Below, in pieces: positions 36,108-45,225 of a stretch of 64,000 bases of DNA. This stretch comes from Bacteroidia bacterium. GTDB lineage: Bacteria > Bacteroidota > Bacteroidia > SXHM01. A program made the translations under genes and the position numbers. The stretch covers positions 49,762-113,761 of the forward strand of contig JAJVIC010000015.1 of the NCBI GenBank assembly GCA_022072225.1. The letters are read 5' to 3'. The first letter of the stretch is position 1, and every line of letters begins with the position of its first letter. The notes under the pieces were generated by a model that was not told the DNA's origin, searched no databases, and worked only from the letters and a program-made list of their open reading frames with translations.

Positions 36108-39100
36108 GTGAAAAAAAATATACGCTATGTTTCACTGCTTTACCTTGCTTTTGCAGTGCTCAATAACACTTACGCACAAAACGGTTGTGATATTAATGCA
36201 ATAAATGCTGCTTTTACAGGTGCGGGTTACATACCCATTCCCGTAAACAGTCAACCTTGCAGTATGTACTTTATTAATCCTACTTCACAAGATGCCGCAG
36301 CCAGTGAAGCACAGGCACAGGCTCTTGGTGCACACACCGTAGTATTTAATGATGCAGCAGAAAATACAAATGTTGTTGCCGGACTTAATGCTGCCGGATA
36401 TGGAGGAGCTACCATTTGGATTGGCTACCATCGGACGGGAGAAAATTCACCAACTTTTTATGCTTTGGATGGAACAACAGGTAATTTTCCTGTTCCTTCC
36501 GGTGGCGGTGTGTATCAGAATTGGGCAGGTGGGGAACCTAACAATAATGGTTATGATGATTGCACGTTTGGTTGCGGAAGTCCGTTTTGCAGTGACGAAT
36601 ACAGGTGTGAGAACGGAGAACAATGTGTGCAGGTTTATCCCGATGGAATGTGGAACGATCTTCCGTGCGACCGTACGAGTATATCGTTGATAGAAGTAAA
36701 TCTTTGTCCCGAAACCACTGCCGACCCCGATGTTACTATTTGTTATGGTGATCCGGTAACGTTTAATACTTCAGCCGCTCTGCTTGGCTCAACTCCTTAT
36801 ACCTATGCATGGACCCCCCCGGGAGATTTAAACAATCCGAATGTGCAAACAACAATCGGTTACCCGGTTGCAACTACAACATATACAGTAACCGTTACTG
36901 ATCGCTACGGTTGTCAGGCAACTTCTGATATGACCGTTACTGTAAATGGCGCTTCCGGTGATGCAGGCCCCGATGCCAATGTGTGCAACGGTTCAGCTGC
37001 GCAGTTGAATGCTTCAGGAGGTGTAACGTATTCATGGTTTCCTGCAACAGGATTAAGTGCAACTAATATTCCTAATCCTACGGCTACTCCATCTATAACC
37101 ACTGCCTACTTTTGTACTATTACCACTGCTGATGGTTGTTCTATCACCGATGATGTTACGGTTACCGTTTCAGCAAATGCGCCAATCAATGCCGGAACCG
37201 ATGTAGCTATTTGCCCCGGTGCAAGTACCAATTTAGCTGCAACGGGAGGTGCTGTTTATGTCTGGACACCAACCACCGGTTTAAGCGACCCTAATATTGC
37301 CAACCCTGTTGCTACACCTGCCGCCACTACAACCTACACCGTAAACGGAACAGATGCTAACGGATGCACAGGCACCGATGCTGTTACCGTTACCGTTAAT
37401 ACCGCACCTGTGGCCAATGCAGGAGCAGATGCTGATTTTTGTATTGGCGGTTCAACCACCTTAAATGGCGCAGGAGGAACTTCTTATGACTGGACACCTG
37501 CAACAGGATTAAGCAATCCCGCTATCAACAACCCGGTTGCTACTCCTTCAGCCACTACAACTTATACACTTACCGTAACCGATGCCAACGGATGTACCGA
37601 TACCGATGATGTAGAGGTAACCGTAAACCCTCTGCCGCCTGCTGATGCAGGTGCTGATGTTGCTGTTTGCACAGGTTCATCCACTACACTGGGTGCAAGC
37701 GGAGGAACACAATACTCCTGGTCGCCAACAACTGATTTAAGCAATCCTAATATCGCTGCTCCGGTTTGCACACCGGCCGCTGCTATTACTTACACCGTTA
37801 CTGTTACCGACAACAACGGCTGCGTTGCCACCGATGATGTGGATGTAACCATCAATCCTGTGCCGGTTGCCGATGCAGGCACCGATGCAAGTATTTGTCA
37901 GAATGCGAGCACCACATTGAACGGTGCAGGTGGAGTAAGTTATTTGTGGAGTCCCGCAACGGGATTGGATGATGCCACCTTACAAAACCCTTCGGCAAGT
38001 CCGCAAGCAACAACTACCTATACCGTTACGGTTACCGATGCCAACGGATGTACCGCAACCGATGATGTGGATGTAACCGTTACTCCTTCAGAGCCTGTTG
38101 ATGCAGGTCTGGATGACAGCGCCTGCTCGGGTGACCCGGTTTCGCTTTCAGCAACAGGTAACGGAGTTTCATTTTCATGGAGTCCGGCAACAGGTTTGAG
38201 CAGCACCAATACGGCAAGTACAACCGCTACGCTTACTTCAACGGTTCAATACACCGTTACCATGACCGATGCCAATGGCTGCAGCAGTTCCGATGATGTA
38301 ACGGTTAGCATCAATCCAATTCCGGTGGCAGCCTTTTCAGCCGCTGAGGTTTGCAACGGAGAACCAACGGTTTTCTTAAATCAAAGTACGGTAGCTTCAG
38401 GAACTATAGCCGGCTATGCATGGGATTTTGGCGACAGTAATACTTCAACTGTTGCAAGCCCCTCCAATACATACACGCTTCCCGATGATTACACCGTAAC
38501 ACTTGCCATTGTTTCTGACGCAGGTTGTACCAATACAATTACACAAACAGTTACAGTACATCCGCTGCCGGTTGTTGATTTTGAAGCGGTTCCGGTTGAA
38601 GGTTGTATTCCGCTCGAAGTGGAGTTCAATGATTTGAGCACCATTGCCTCGGGCAACAATGTTTCGTGGCTGTGGAATATTGAAGGCGTGGGACCAATAA
38701 ACGAACAAACTACTACACAAACATTTACCAGCGCAGGTTTGTATGATGCTACGCTTACTGTAACTTCGGATGAAGGCTGCATAACCACACTTACGCAAAG
38801 CAATTTTGTAACCGTGCATCCAAATCCTGTTGCGCAATTTTATGCACTTCCCGAGCGCACCGAAATTCTTTACCCCGAAATTACATTTACCGATTTATCA
38901 TCGGGAGACCCTACCGGATGGACCTGGGATTTCGGAGGTACAGGTAACTCGACCGAGCAAAGCCCCGTTTACAGTTTTCCCGATACCGGAACATTTACCG
39001 TATTACTTGAAATTGCCAATCAATATGGCTGCACCGACACGGTGAGCCACACGGTGGTTATCACCCCTTCGTTTACCATTTATGTACCCAGTGCATTTAC

Positions 39101-39350
39101 GCCCGATGGCGATGGGGTAAACGATATTTTTCTGCCCAAAGGAATTGGCTGGCGCGATTATGAACTGCGTATTTTCAGCCGCTCGGGAACCCAGGTTTTC
39201 AGCACCTTTGACCCTGCCGAAGGTTGGGACGGAAGCGTAAACCACAAGGGCCGGGTAACCATTTCGGATGTTTATGTATGGCGCATTTATGTGCGGGACA
39301 AAAACAACCGCAAACAGGATTATATTGGAACGGTTACGCTGGTGAAGTAA
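36108..39350 (+). CDS. Secreted adhesin: N-terminal C-type lectin-like domain, seven ~75-aa repeats, three PKD-like domains, and a T9SS type B sorting domain
   Basis: Signal peptide present. CTLD motifs are WIGYHR, EPN (36534-36542) and WND (36651-36659). The repeats follow DAGxDxxxCxGxSxxLxAxGGxxYxWxPxxGL...TTTYTVTVTDxNGC. PKD signatures are WDFGD and WTWDFGG. The C-terminus has YVPSAFTPDGDGVNDIF. Confidence 0.85.
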   Translation: MKKNIRYVSLLYLAFAVLNNTYAQNGCDINAINAAFTGAGYIPIPVNSQPCSMYFINPTSQDAAASEAQAQALGAHTVVFNDAAENTNVVAGLNAAGYGGATIWIGYHRTGENSPTFYALDGTTGNFPVPSGGGVYQNWAGGEPNNNGYDDCTFGCGSPFCSDEYRCENGEQCVQVYPDGMWNDLPCDRTSISLIEVNLCPETTADPDVTICYGDPVTFNTSAALLGSTPYTYAWTPPGDLNNPNVQTTIGYPVATTTYTVTVTDRYGCQATSDMTVTVNGASGDAGPDANVCNGSAAQLNASGGVTYSWFPATGLSATNIPNPTATPSITTAYFCTITTADGCSITDDVTVTVSANAPINAGTDVAICPGASTNLAATGGAVYVWTPTTGLSDPNIANPVATPAATTTYTVNGTDANGCTGTDAVTVTVNTAPVANAGADADFCIGGSTTLNGAGGTSYDWTPATGLSNPAINNPVATPSATTTYTLTVTDANGCTDTDDVEVTVNPLPPADAGADVAVCTGSSTTLGASGGTQYSWSPTTDLSNPNIAAPVCTPAAAITYTVTVTDNNGCVATDDVDVTINPVPVADAGTDASICQNASTTLNGAGGVSYLWSPATGLDDATLQNPSASPQATTTYTVTVTDANGCTATDDVDVTVTPSEPVDAGLDDSACSGDPVSLSATGNGVSFSWSPATGLSSTNTASTTATLTSTVQYTVTMTDANGCSSSDDVTVSINPIPVAAFSAAEVCNGEPTVFLNQSTVASGTIAGYAWDFGDSNTSTVASPSNTYTLPDDYTVTLAIVSDAGCTNTITQTVTVHPLPVVDFEAVPVEGCIPLEVEFNDLSTIASGNNVSWLWNIEGVGPINEQTTTQTFTSAGLYDATLTVTSDEGCITTLTQSNFVTVHPNPVAQFYALPERTEILYPEITFTDLSSGDPTGWTWDFGGTGNSTEQSPVYSFPDTGTFTVLLEIANQYGCTDTVSHTVVITPSFTIYVPSAFTPDGDGVNDIFLPKGIGWRDYELRIFSRSGTQVFSTFDPAEGWDGSVNHKGRVTISDVYVWRIYVRDKNNRKQDYIGTVTLVK
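36708..38320 (+). repeat. Seven tandem ~225-bp coding repeats in the lectin adhesin
   Basis: The protein-level repeat is listed under the CDS. DNA-level similarity is lower than in the 16239 adhesin. Confidence 0.7.
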
Positions 39351-39515
39351 CAGCCTCAATTTCCCTATCTTTTTTAAGAGTTGATAAATTTCCTCCTTTT
39401 TGAGATGAATTTTTAACTGCAGATAAACTGCAAATTGACTGTACTTAAGTTACACCAAACTGTGCCTAATTTACTTTTTTATTGTAATAAACTGTAATTT
39501 TCTATTCCTAAAAAT

Positions 39516-39553
39516 AAAAAGAGCGGTACGTAAAGCCGCACCGCTCTTTTTTT
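39516..39553. terminator. Bidirectional Rho-independent terminator between convergent genes
   Basis: AAAAAGAGCGGT-ACGTAAAGCCGC-ACCGCTCTTTTTTT has an 8-bp GC-rich stem, an A-run upstream and a T7 run downstream. Confidence 0.65.
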
Positions 39554-39569
39554 ATCTGTTTGGTTAAAC

Positions 39570-40940
39570 CTACAGAAGGTCATTCGCCAGGTTCGCGAGT
39601 TCGCTTCTTTCTCCTTTTTCCAAAGTTATGTGTGCACAAATCGGGTGATTACGGATTTTGTCAATCAAGTAAGACAGCCCGTTACTCTGCGTATCAAGGT
39701 AAGGCGTATCAATCTGGAAAATATCACCTGTGAAAATAATTTTGGTGTTTTCGCCTGCACGTGTAATAATGGTTTTTACTTCGTGTGGTGTTAAATTCTG
39801 TGCTTCGTCAACAATAAAGAAAATATTAGAAAGACTGCGTCCGCGAATATATGCAAGCGGTGTAATCACTAATTTTTCGTTATCCACCATATCCTGAATT
39901 TTTTTGTACTCTTTACCGCCTTCGGGAAACTGGTTCTGAATAAATTTCAGATTATCCCACAGTGGTTCCATGTATGGATTGATTTTAGATTTGATGTCGC
40001 CCGGAAGATATCCGATGTCTTTGTTGCTGAGCGGAACAATAGGTCGCGCCAGATAGATCTGGCGGAACTCACGTTTTTGTTCCAATGCGCCTGCCAATGC
40101 CAGTAGAGTTTTTCCTGTTCCCGCAACGCCTTGTATCGTAACCAGGCTGATGCGTGGATTCATAATAGCATTCAACGCAAATACCTGTTCGGCATTCAGT
40201 GCTTTTATACCATAAGCGATGTTTTTTTCAACGCGTTCCAGCACTTTTGCTTCAGCATTATAGCAAGTCATTGCTGAAGTTTTTCCATTCCGTAAAATGT
40301 AGTAATGATTGGTAAGTGGCTCTTTTATTCCGGCTTCTTCTGCTTCGCAGGTTCCGGTTTCGTAAATTTTGTTGATTGCTTCGGTGCTTGTTTTATCAAC
40401 AATGGTTCTGCCGGTGTAAAGCGTGTCTACATTTTTAATTTTTCCGGTTTCAAAATCTTCGGCAGTCAGGTTAAGAGATTTTGCTTTCAGTCTTAGATTG
40501 ATGTCTTTTGAAACCAAAATTACTTTGCGGTCAGGAAATTCTTTAACCAGCGAAAGCGCAGAGTTCAGAATTTTATGGTCGGCTTTTTTCTCGCCAAAAA
40601 CTTTGTCGGCATCAACGGAACTGTTGCCGTTCATAACCACTTTGAATTTTCCTTTTTTGTCGGAACCGTTCAGGTTTACCCATTCCTGCAATGTGTGATG
40701 CTCAGAGAGTGCATCAATCATGCGAATGAATTCCCGAGCTGAAAAATTTTTGGTGTCGTTCCCTTTTTTGAAGTTGTCAAGTTCTTCAAGCACGGTAATC
40801 GGAATAGCTACATCGTGCTCCTGAAAACTCTGGATGGCGTTGTGGTCGTAGATGATTACTGAAGTGTCGAGAACAAAAATTTTGCGGTTTTTTTCTTTTT
40901 CTTTTGGCGGCATGCTCGATGCTGGGGGATTGGTTCGCAA
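39570..40940 (-). CDS. PhoH2/YlaK-type protein (N-terminal PIN domain plus PhoH-like ATPase)
   Basis: IFVLDTSVII is the PIN start. Walker A is GVAGTGKT. IFFIVDEAQNLTPHE matches the Walker B/PhoH signature. The start could instead be the Met at 40913. Confidence 0.85.
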   Translation of the reverse strand: MRTNPPASSMPPKEKEKNRKIFVLDTSVIIYDHNAIQSFQEHDVAIPITVLEELDNFKKGNDTKNFSAREFIRMIDALSEHHTLQEWVNLNGSDKKGKFKVVMNGNSSVDADKVFGEKKADHKILNSALSLVKEFPDRKVILVSKDINLRLKAKSLNLTAEDFETGKIKNVDTLYTGRTIVDKTSTEAINKIYETGTCEAEEAGIKEPLTNHYYILRNGKTSAMTCYNAEAKVLERVEKNIAYGIKALNAEQVFALNAIMNPRISLVTIQGVAGTGKTLLALAGALEQKREFRQIYLARPIVPLSNKDIGYLPGDIKSKINPYMEPLWDNLKFIQNQFPEGGKEYKKIQDMVDNEKLVITPLAYIRGRSLSNIFFIVDEAQNLTPHEVKTIITRAGENTKIIFTGDIFQIDTPYLDTQSNGLSYLIDKIRNHPICAHITLEKGERSELANLANDLL

Positions 40941-41023
40941 CGAAAGTATGTTTTGGAATCACAACAAATTGAACCTGCCGATTCAATTTTTAAACAAAAT
41001 GCTGTTACTAAATATTTTTATGG

Positions 41024-42223
41024 TCAGAACAACAAATTTTCAAATGGGTAACGTTTCACGTGAATCGTTTTTACCTGAGAATAAATCTTCTCGCGGAATT
41101 CATCAATATTTATTTTTTTCTCAGCAGAAATAAATACACAACTACTTCCCAATCGTGCCATCCAGCTCTCACGCAAATCGTCTAATGAAAGATTTTCTTT
41201 TGTTGCGGGTAATAAATCATCTTCCTCTTTTTTAGTGTAGGTGAATGCATCAATTTTATTGAACACTACAATTACCTCTTTATCTTTTGCGCCAATCTCA
41301 ATCAGCGTTTCGTTTACTACGCGCATCTGGTCTTCAAACTCGGGATGCGAAATGTCAACAACATGGAGCAACACATCTGCTTCACGCACTTCATCCAATG
41401 TTGATTTAAATGACTCAACTAATTGGTGAGGGAGTTTGCGGATAAAACCAACCGTATCGGTAAGCAGAAACGGAAGATTTTCAATTACCACTTTTCTAAC
41501 GGTTGTGTCGAGTGTTGCAAACAATTTATTTTCGGCAAACACTTCGCTTTTGCTCATCAGATTCATGATGGTGGATTTACCAACATTGGTATAACCTACC
41601 AGCGCAACACGCACCAATTGCCCGCGGTTTTTGCGTTGTGTTGCCATCTGCTTGTCAATGGTGTCGAGCTTTTCTTTCAGGCGTACAATTTTGTCGCGGA
41701 TAATTCGCCTGTCGGTTTCAATTTCCGTTTCGCCCGGACCGCGCATACCAATACCTCCTTTTTGTCTTTCCAAGTGAGTCCACATGCGGGTTAATCGCGG
41801 AAGCAAATACTCATATTGAGCCAATTCTACCTGCGCTTTGGCGTGTGCAGTTCGCGCTCTTGCTGCAAAAATATCGAGGATGAGGTTGCTGCGGTCAAGA
41901 ATGCGGCATTCCAGAATTTTTTCGATGTTTCGCAGTTGCGAAGGACTTAACTCGTCATCAAAAATGGCGATGTTGATTTCGTTTTCTTTGATATAGAGTT
42001 TTATCTCGTTTATTTTCCCCGACCCCAGAAACGTTGCCGAATCGGGTTTGTCCATTTTTTGAGTAAAACGCTTTACGGGCAAGGCACCCGCTGTTTCAGT
42101 AAGGAATGCGAGTTCGTCCATGTATTCCTTCACCTTCTGTTCGTTCTGATGCTGGTTAATCAGGCCAATCAAAACCGCTTTTTCCTGCTTTTTTGCGGTA
42201 TCAAATAATTGTTTCTTGCTCAT
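41024..42223 (-). CDS. hflX: GTPase HflX
   Basis: It has an HflX N-terminal domain, G1 GYTNVGKS, DTVGF and NKID motifs. Confidence 0.9.
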   Translation of the reverse strand: MSKKQLFDTAKKQEKAVLIGLINQHQNEQKVKEYMDELAFLTETAGALPVKRFTQKMDKPDSATFLGSGKINEIKLYIKENEINIAIFDDELSPSQLRNIEKILECRILDRSNLILDIFAARARTAHAKAQVELAQYEYLLPRLTRMWTHLERQKGGIGMRGPGETEIETDRRIIRDKIVRLKEKLDTIDKQMATQRKNRGQLVRVALVGYTNVGKSTIMNLMSKSEVFAENKLFATLDTTVRKVVIENLPFLLTDTVGFIRKLPHQLVESFKSTLDEVREADVLLHVVDISHPEFEDQMRVVNETLIEIGAKDKEVIVVFNKIDAFTYTKKEEDDLLPATKENLSLDDLRESWMARLGSSCVFISAEKKINIDEFREKIYSQVKTIHVKRYPFENLLF

Positions 42224-42375
42224 GTTGTCTTGTGGCAGACAAAAGTAGATAAAAGAATTTCACCTATGAGACGCGAAGAAACAGAGCCTTTTAACATTAT
42301 TTAAGAATTAAGAAAAGCTATTCTGCCCGCATTACAACTCAATCATTACCTTTGCCGCGCTATAAATCAAAATTT

Positions 42376-43797
42376 ATGAAATCCGGTTTCATCGTTCTCG
42401 TTTGCTTTTTGTTTTTATCCTTTCAGGGAAAGGCGCAGGAAGCATGGTCGCTGCAAAAGTGCATTGAGTATGCGCTTGAAAATAACATCTCGGTTAAGCA
42501 AAACGAACTGAATGCCGATTTAGCCAAAGAGAATTATAATCAAAGCATAGCAAATATGGCTCCTACGCTGAATGCGGGAGCATCACATTCTTACAACTGG
42601 GGACAGCGTATTGACCCTTTCACCAATCAATTTGCTACCAATCGGGTGCGTTCCAACAACCTTTACATAGGTTCACAGGTAACGCTTTTCAGCGGACTTC
42701 AGCTGCAAAACACACTGAAACAAAACAGCCTCAATTATATGGCCGGCAAATACGATGTTGAGAAAATGAAAAACGATATTGTGCTCAACGTAGCTACTGC
42801 ATACCTTAATGTTTTATTTGCACAGGAACTTTTGACTGTTGCCAAAACACAAAAATCAATTACAGAGGCACAGGTTACCCGTACACAGAAATTAGTAGAT
42901 GCAGGTACCTTGCCCCAAGGCAATTTACTGGATTTACAGGCACAGCTTGCATCGGACGAACTGAACGAAGTGAACACGCAAAATCAGTTAGATATTGCAA
43001 TGCTTACACTTTCACAGCTGATGAATATAAAAACAGCAAGTGATTTCAGTATTGTGCGCCCCGACCTTGAAATACCCGCAAATCCTGTGCTTGCCGAAAA
43101 CCCTGAACAGATTTATCAATTTGCTTTGAGTAATCAGCCATCAATAAAAAGTGCAGAAACAAAAGTTTTAAGTGCAGAAAAAGGAGTGAAAATTGCAAAA
43201 GGAACAGCATACCCCACAATAACCATGAGCGGTTCAATAGGAACAGGTTATTCAGGTTTGAGCCAGAAAGTGGTAGGTTATGAGCAGGGAACACCGGGCA
43301 TTATAGGTTACACAGCAGACACAGTTCCTGTTTATTCCATTTCATCATCCATTATTCCTATCACCGAAAAAACACCTTTTGGCGAACAGATGAAAGACAA
43401 CCTCAACGAAAATCTGGGGTTCAATCTTAATATTCCCATTTTCAACGGCTGGCAGAGCCATAATGCAATCAGCCGCGCAAAAATTACAAAGCAAAATGCT
43501 GAATACACCTTGCAGCTGAGTGAGCAAAACCTGCGACAAACAATTGAACAGGCATACGTTGACGCTCAAAGTGCCTTGAAACAATTTTATGCAACAAAAA
43601 AAACAGTGGAAGCACTTTCTCAGGCTTTTGACTATGCCGAGAAAAGGTTCAATGTTGGCGCATTAAACAGTACTGATTACAACACTGCTAAAAACAGATT
43701 CAATAACTCGCAGTCAGATTTGCTGCGCAACAAATACAACTACATTTTTAAATCCAAGGTATTGGATTTTTATATGGGCAAGCCGATTACGTTGTAA
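42376..43797 (+). CDS. TolC-family outer membrane efflux protein
   Basis: Signal peptide present. It shows the two-fold repeat of coiled-coil/beta segments, and WSLQKCIEYALENNISVKQ is a typical N-terminus. The start is set at the ATG at 42376. Confidence 0.8.
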   Translation: MKSGFIVLVCFLFLSFQGKAQEAWSLQKCIEYALENNISVKQNELNADLAKENYNQSIANMAPTLNAGASHSYNWGQRIDPFTNQFATNRVRSNNLYIGSQVTLFSGLQLQNTLKQNSLNYMAGKYDVEKMKNDIVLNVATAYLNVLFAQELLTVAKTQKSITEAQVTRTQKLVDAGTLPQGNLLDLQAQLASDELNEVNTQNQLDIAMLTLSQLMNIKTASDFSIVRPDLEIPANPVLAENPEQIYQFALSNQPSIKSAETKVLSAEKGVKIAKGTAYPTITMSGSIGTGYSGLSQKVVGYEQGTPGIIGYTADTVPVYSISSSIIPITEKTPFGEQMKDNLNENLGFNLNIPIFNGWQSHNAISRAKITKQNAEYTLQLSEQNLRQTIEQAYVDAQSALKQFYATKKTVEALSQAFDYAEKRFNVGALNSTDYNTAKNRFNNSQSDLLRNKYNYIFKSKVLDFYMGKPITL

Positions 43798-43836
43798 TCA
43801 TCCTTACATTTGCCTGCGTTTTAAAAAAATCTTTTC

Positions 43837-45225
43837 ATGAAGAACAACAGACTTCTGATTATTGCAGGCATTGCAACAGTCATTCTTATTATTGCTTTAA
43901 TAATCGGGAAAAAACAGGGATGGATTGGAAAAAGCGATGCCACGGAAGTGAGCATTGAAAAAGTTACCAAACGAACAATTGTTGAAACCGTTGCTGCCAG
44001 CGGAAAAGTTCAACCCGAGGCCGAAGTAAAAATTACACCCGATGTTCCCGGAGAAATTATTGAACTTACCGTAAAGGAAGGCGATAAAGTAACTGCCGGA
44101 CAGTTACTTGTTCGTATTGACCCCGATATTCAGCAATCGAACGTGGAGCGCCTTGAAGCCGCCATGAATACAGCAAAGGCAAACCTTGCCAACGCAAAAT
44201 CAAGAAAAGCGCAGGTTGATGCGCAGTTTACCAACGCCAAAGCATTGTATGAACGCAACAAAAAATTATTTGAACAAAAAGTAATTTCAGAACAGGAAAT
44301 GGATGCAGCCACATCAAGTTTTGAAGTGGCGAAAAATGAAGTGGAAGCCGCCAAACAAAATGTAAGCGGAGCCGACTTCAATGTAAAAAGTGCAAATGCA
44401 GCTTTGCAGGAAGCCAAGAAAAACCTGACCCGGACAACCATTTTTTCACCGGTGAACGGAACCATTTCAAAACTTTCGGTTGAGAAAGGTGAGCGCGTAG
44501 TGGGAACTTCGCAAATGGCGGGAACGGAAATTATGACCATTGCCAATCTGAACGAAATGGAAGTGAATGTTGATGTGAATGAAAACGATATTGTCCGCGT
44601 TGGCGTTGGCGACAGTGCCGAAATTGAAGTGGATGCTTACATCGGCAGAAAATTTCGCGGTGTGGTTACCAGTATTGCCAACTCGGCAAATGTTACAGGT
44701 GCATTGGTAGACCAGGTTACCAACTTTGAAGTAAAAATTCGCATTCTTCAGGAATCATACAAAGACCTGGTAAACGAAAAGCAGCCCTTGCTTTCGCCTT
44801 TCCGTCCCGGCATGTCGGCTACGGTTGAAATAAGAACCAAAACAGCAAAAGATGTTTTAACTGTTCCTATTCAGGCAGTAACATCGCGCAGCGCAAGCGA
44901 CACCTTAGACCCTGAAGAAAAAGAGAAATTTAAAAAAGATGAATTTGCTGATGCAGACGAAAGCATGCAGCAAGAAAAAACCATTGTGGTTGAAAAAGAA
45001 GAAGAAGTAAAAGAATGTGTCTTTGTTCTTGAAAACGGCAAAGCAAAATTAGTGTATGTAAAAACAGGAATTCAGGATAATAACTACATCGAAATAGTTT
45101 CCGGGTTGGAAGAAAATACGCAAGTAATTACTGCGCCCTACAGTCAGGTTTCAAAACTGCTGAAAGCCGGTGATGAGGTGCAGGTGGTGGATGAAAAAGA
45201 ACTTTACGGGAAGAAGAAAAAATAA
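43837..45225 (+). CDS. Efflux periplasmic adaptor subunit (HlyD/MacA family)
   Basis: It has an N-terminal anchor, a lipoyl-like motif ([24 protein letters not shown]), a long coiled-coil hairpin and a beta-barrel domain. Confidence 0.8.
   Translation: MKNNRLLIIAGIATVILIIALIIGKKQGWIGKSDATEVSIEKVTKRTIVETVAASGKVQPEAEVKITPDVPGEIIELTVKEGDKVTAGQLLVRIDPDIQQSNVERLEAAMNTAKANLANAKSRKAQVDAQFTNAKALYERNKKLFEQKVISEQEMDAATSSFEVAKNEVEAAKQNVSGADFNVKSANAALQEAKKNLTRTTIFSPVNGTISKLSVEKGERVVGTSQMAGTEIMTIANLNEMEVNVDVNENDIVRVGVGDSAEIEVDAYIGRKFRGVVTSIANSANVTGALVDQVTNFEVKIRILQESYKDLVNEKQPLLSPFRPGMSATVEIRTKTAKDVLTVPIQAVTSRSASDTLDPEEKEKFKKDEFADADESMQQEKTIVVEKEEEVKECVFVLENGKAKLVYVKTGIQDNNYIEIVSGLEENTQVITAPYSQVSKLLKAGDEVQVVDEKELYGKKKK

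Noticed and set aside
36108-36700. The idea that the C-type lectin domain marks a diversity-generating retroelement target.
   Set aside because: No reverse transcriptase and no template/variable repeat pair are visible in the window. The CTLD is N-terminal and of the canonical EPN/WND type, not the DGR C-terminal variable-region type.
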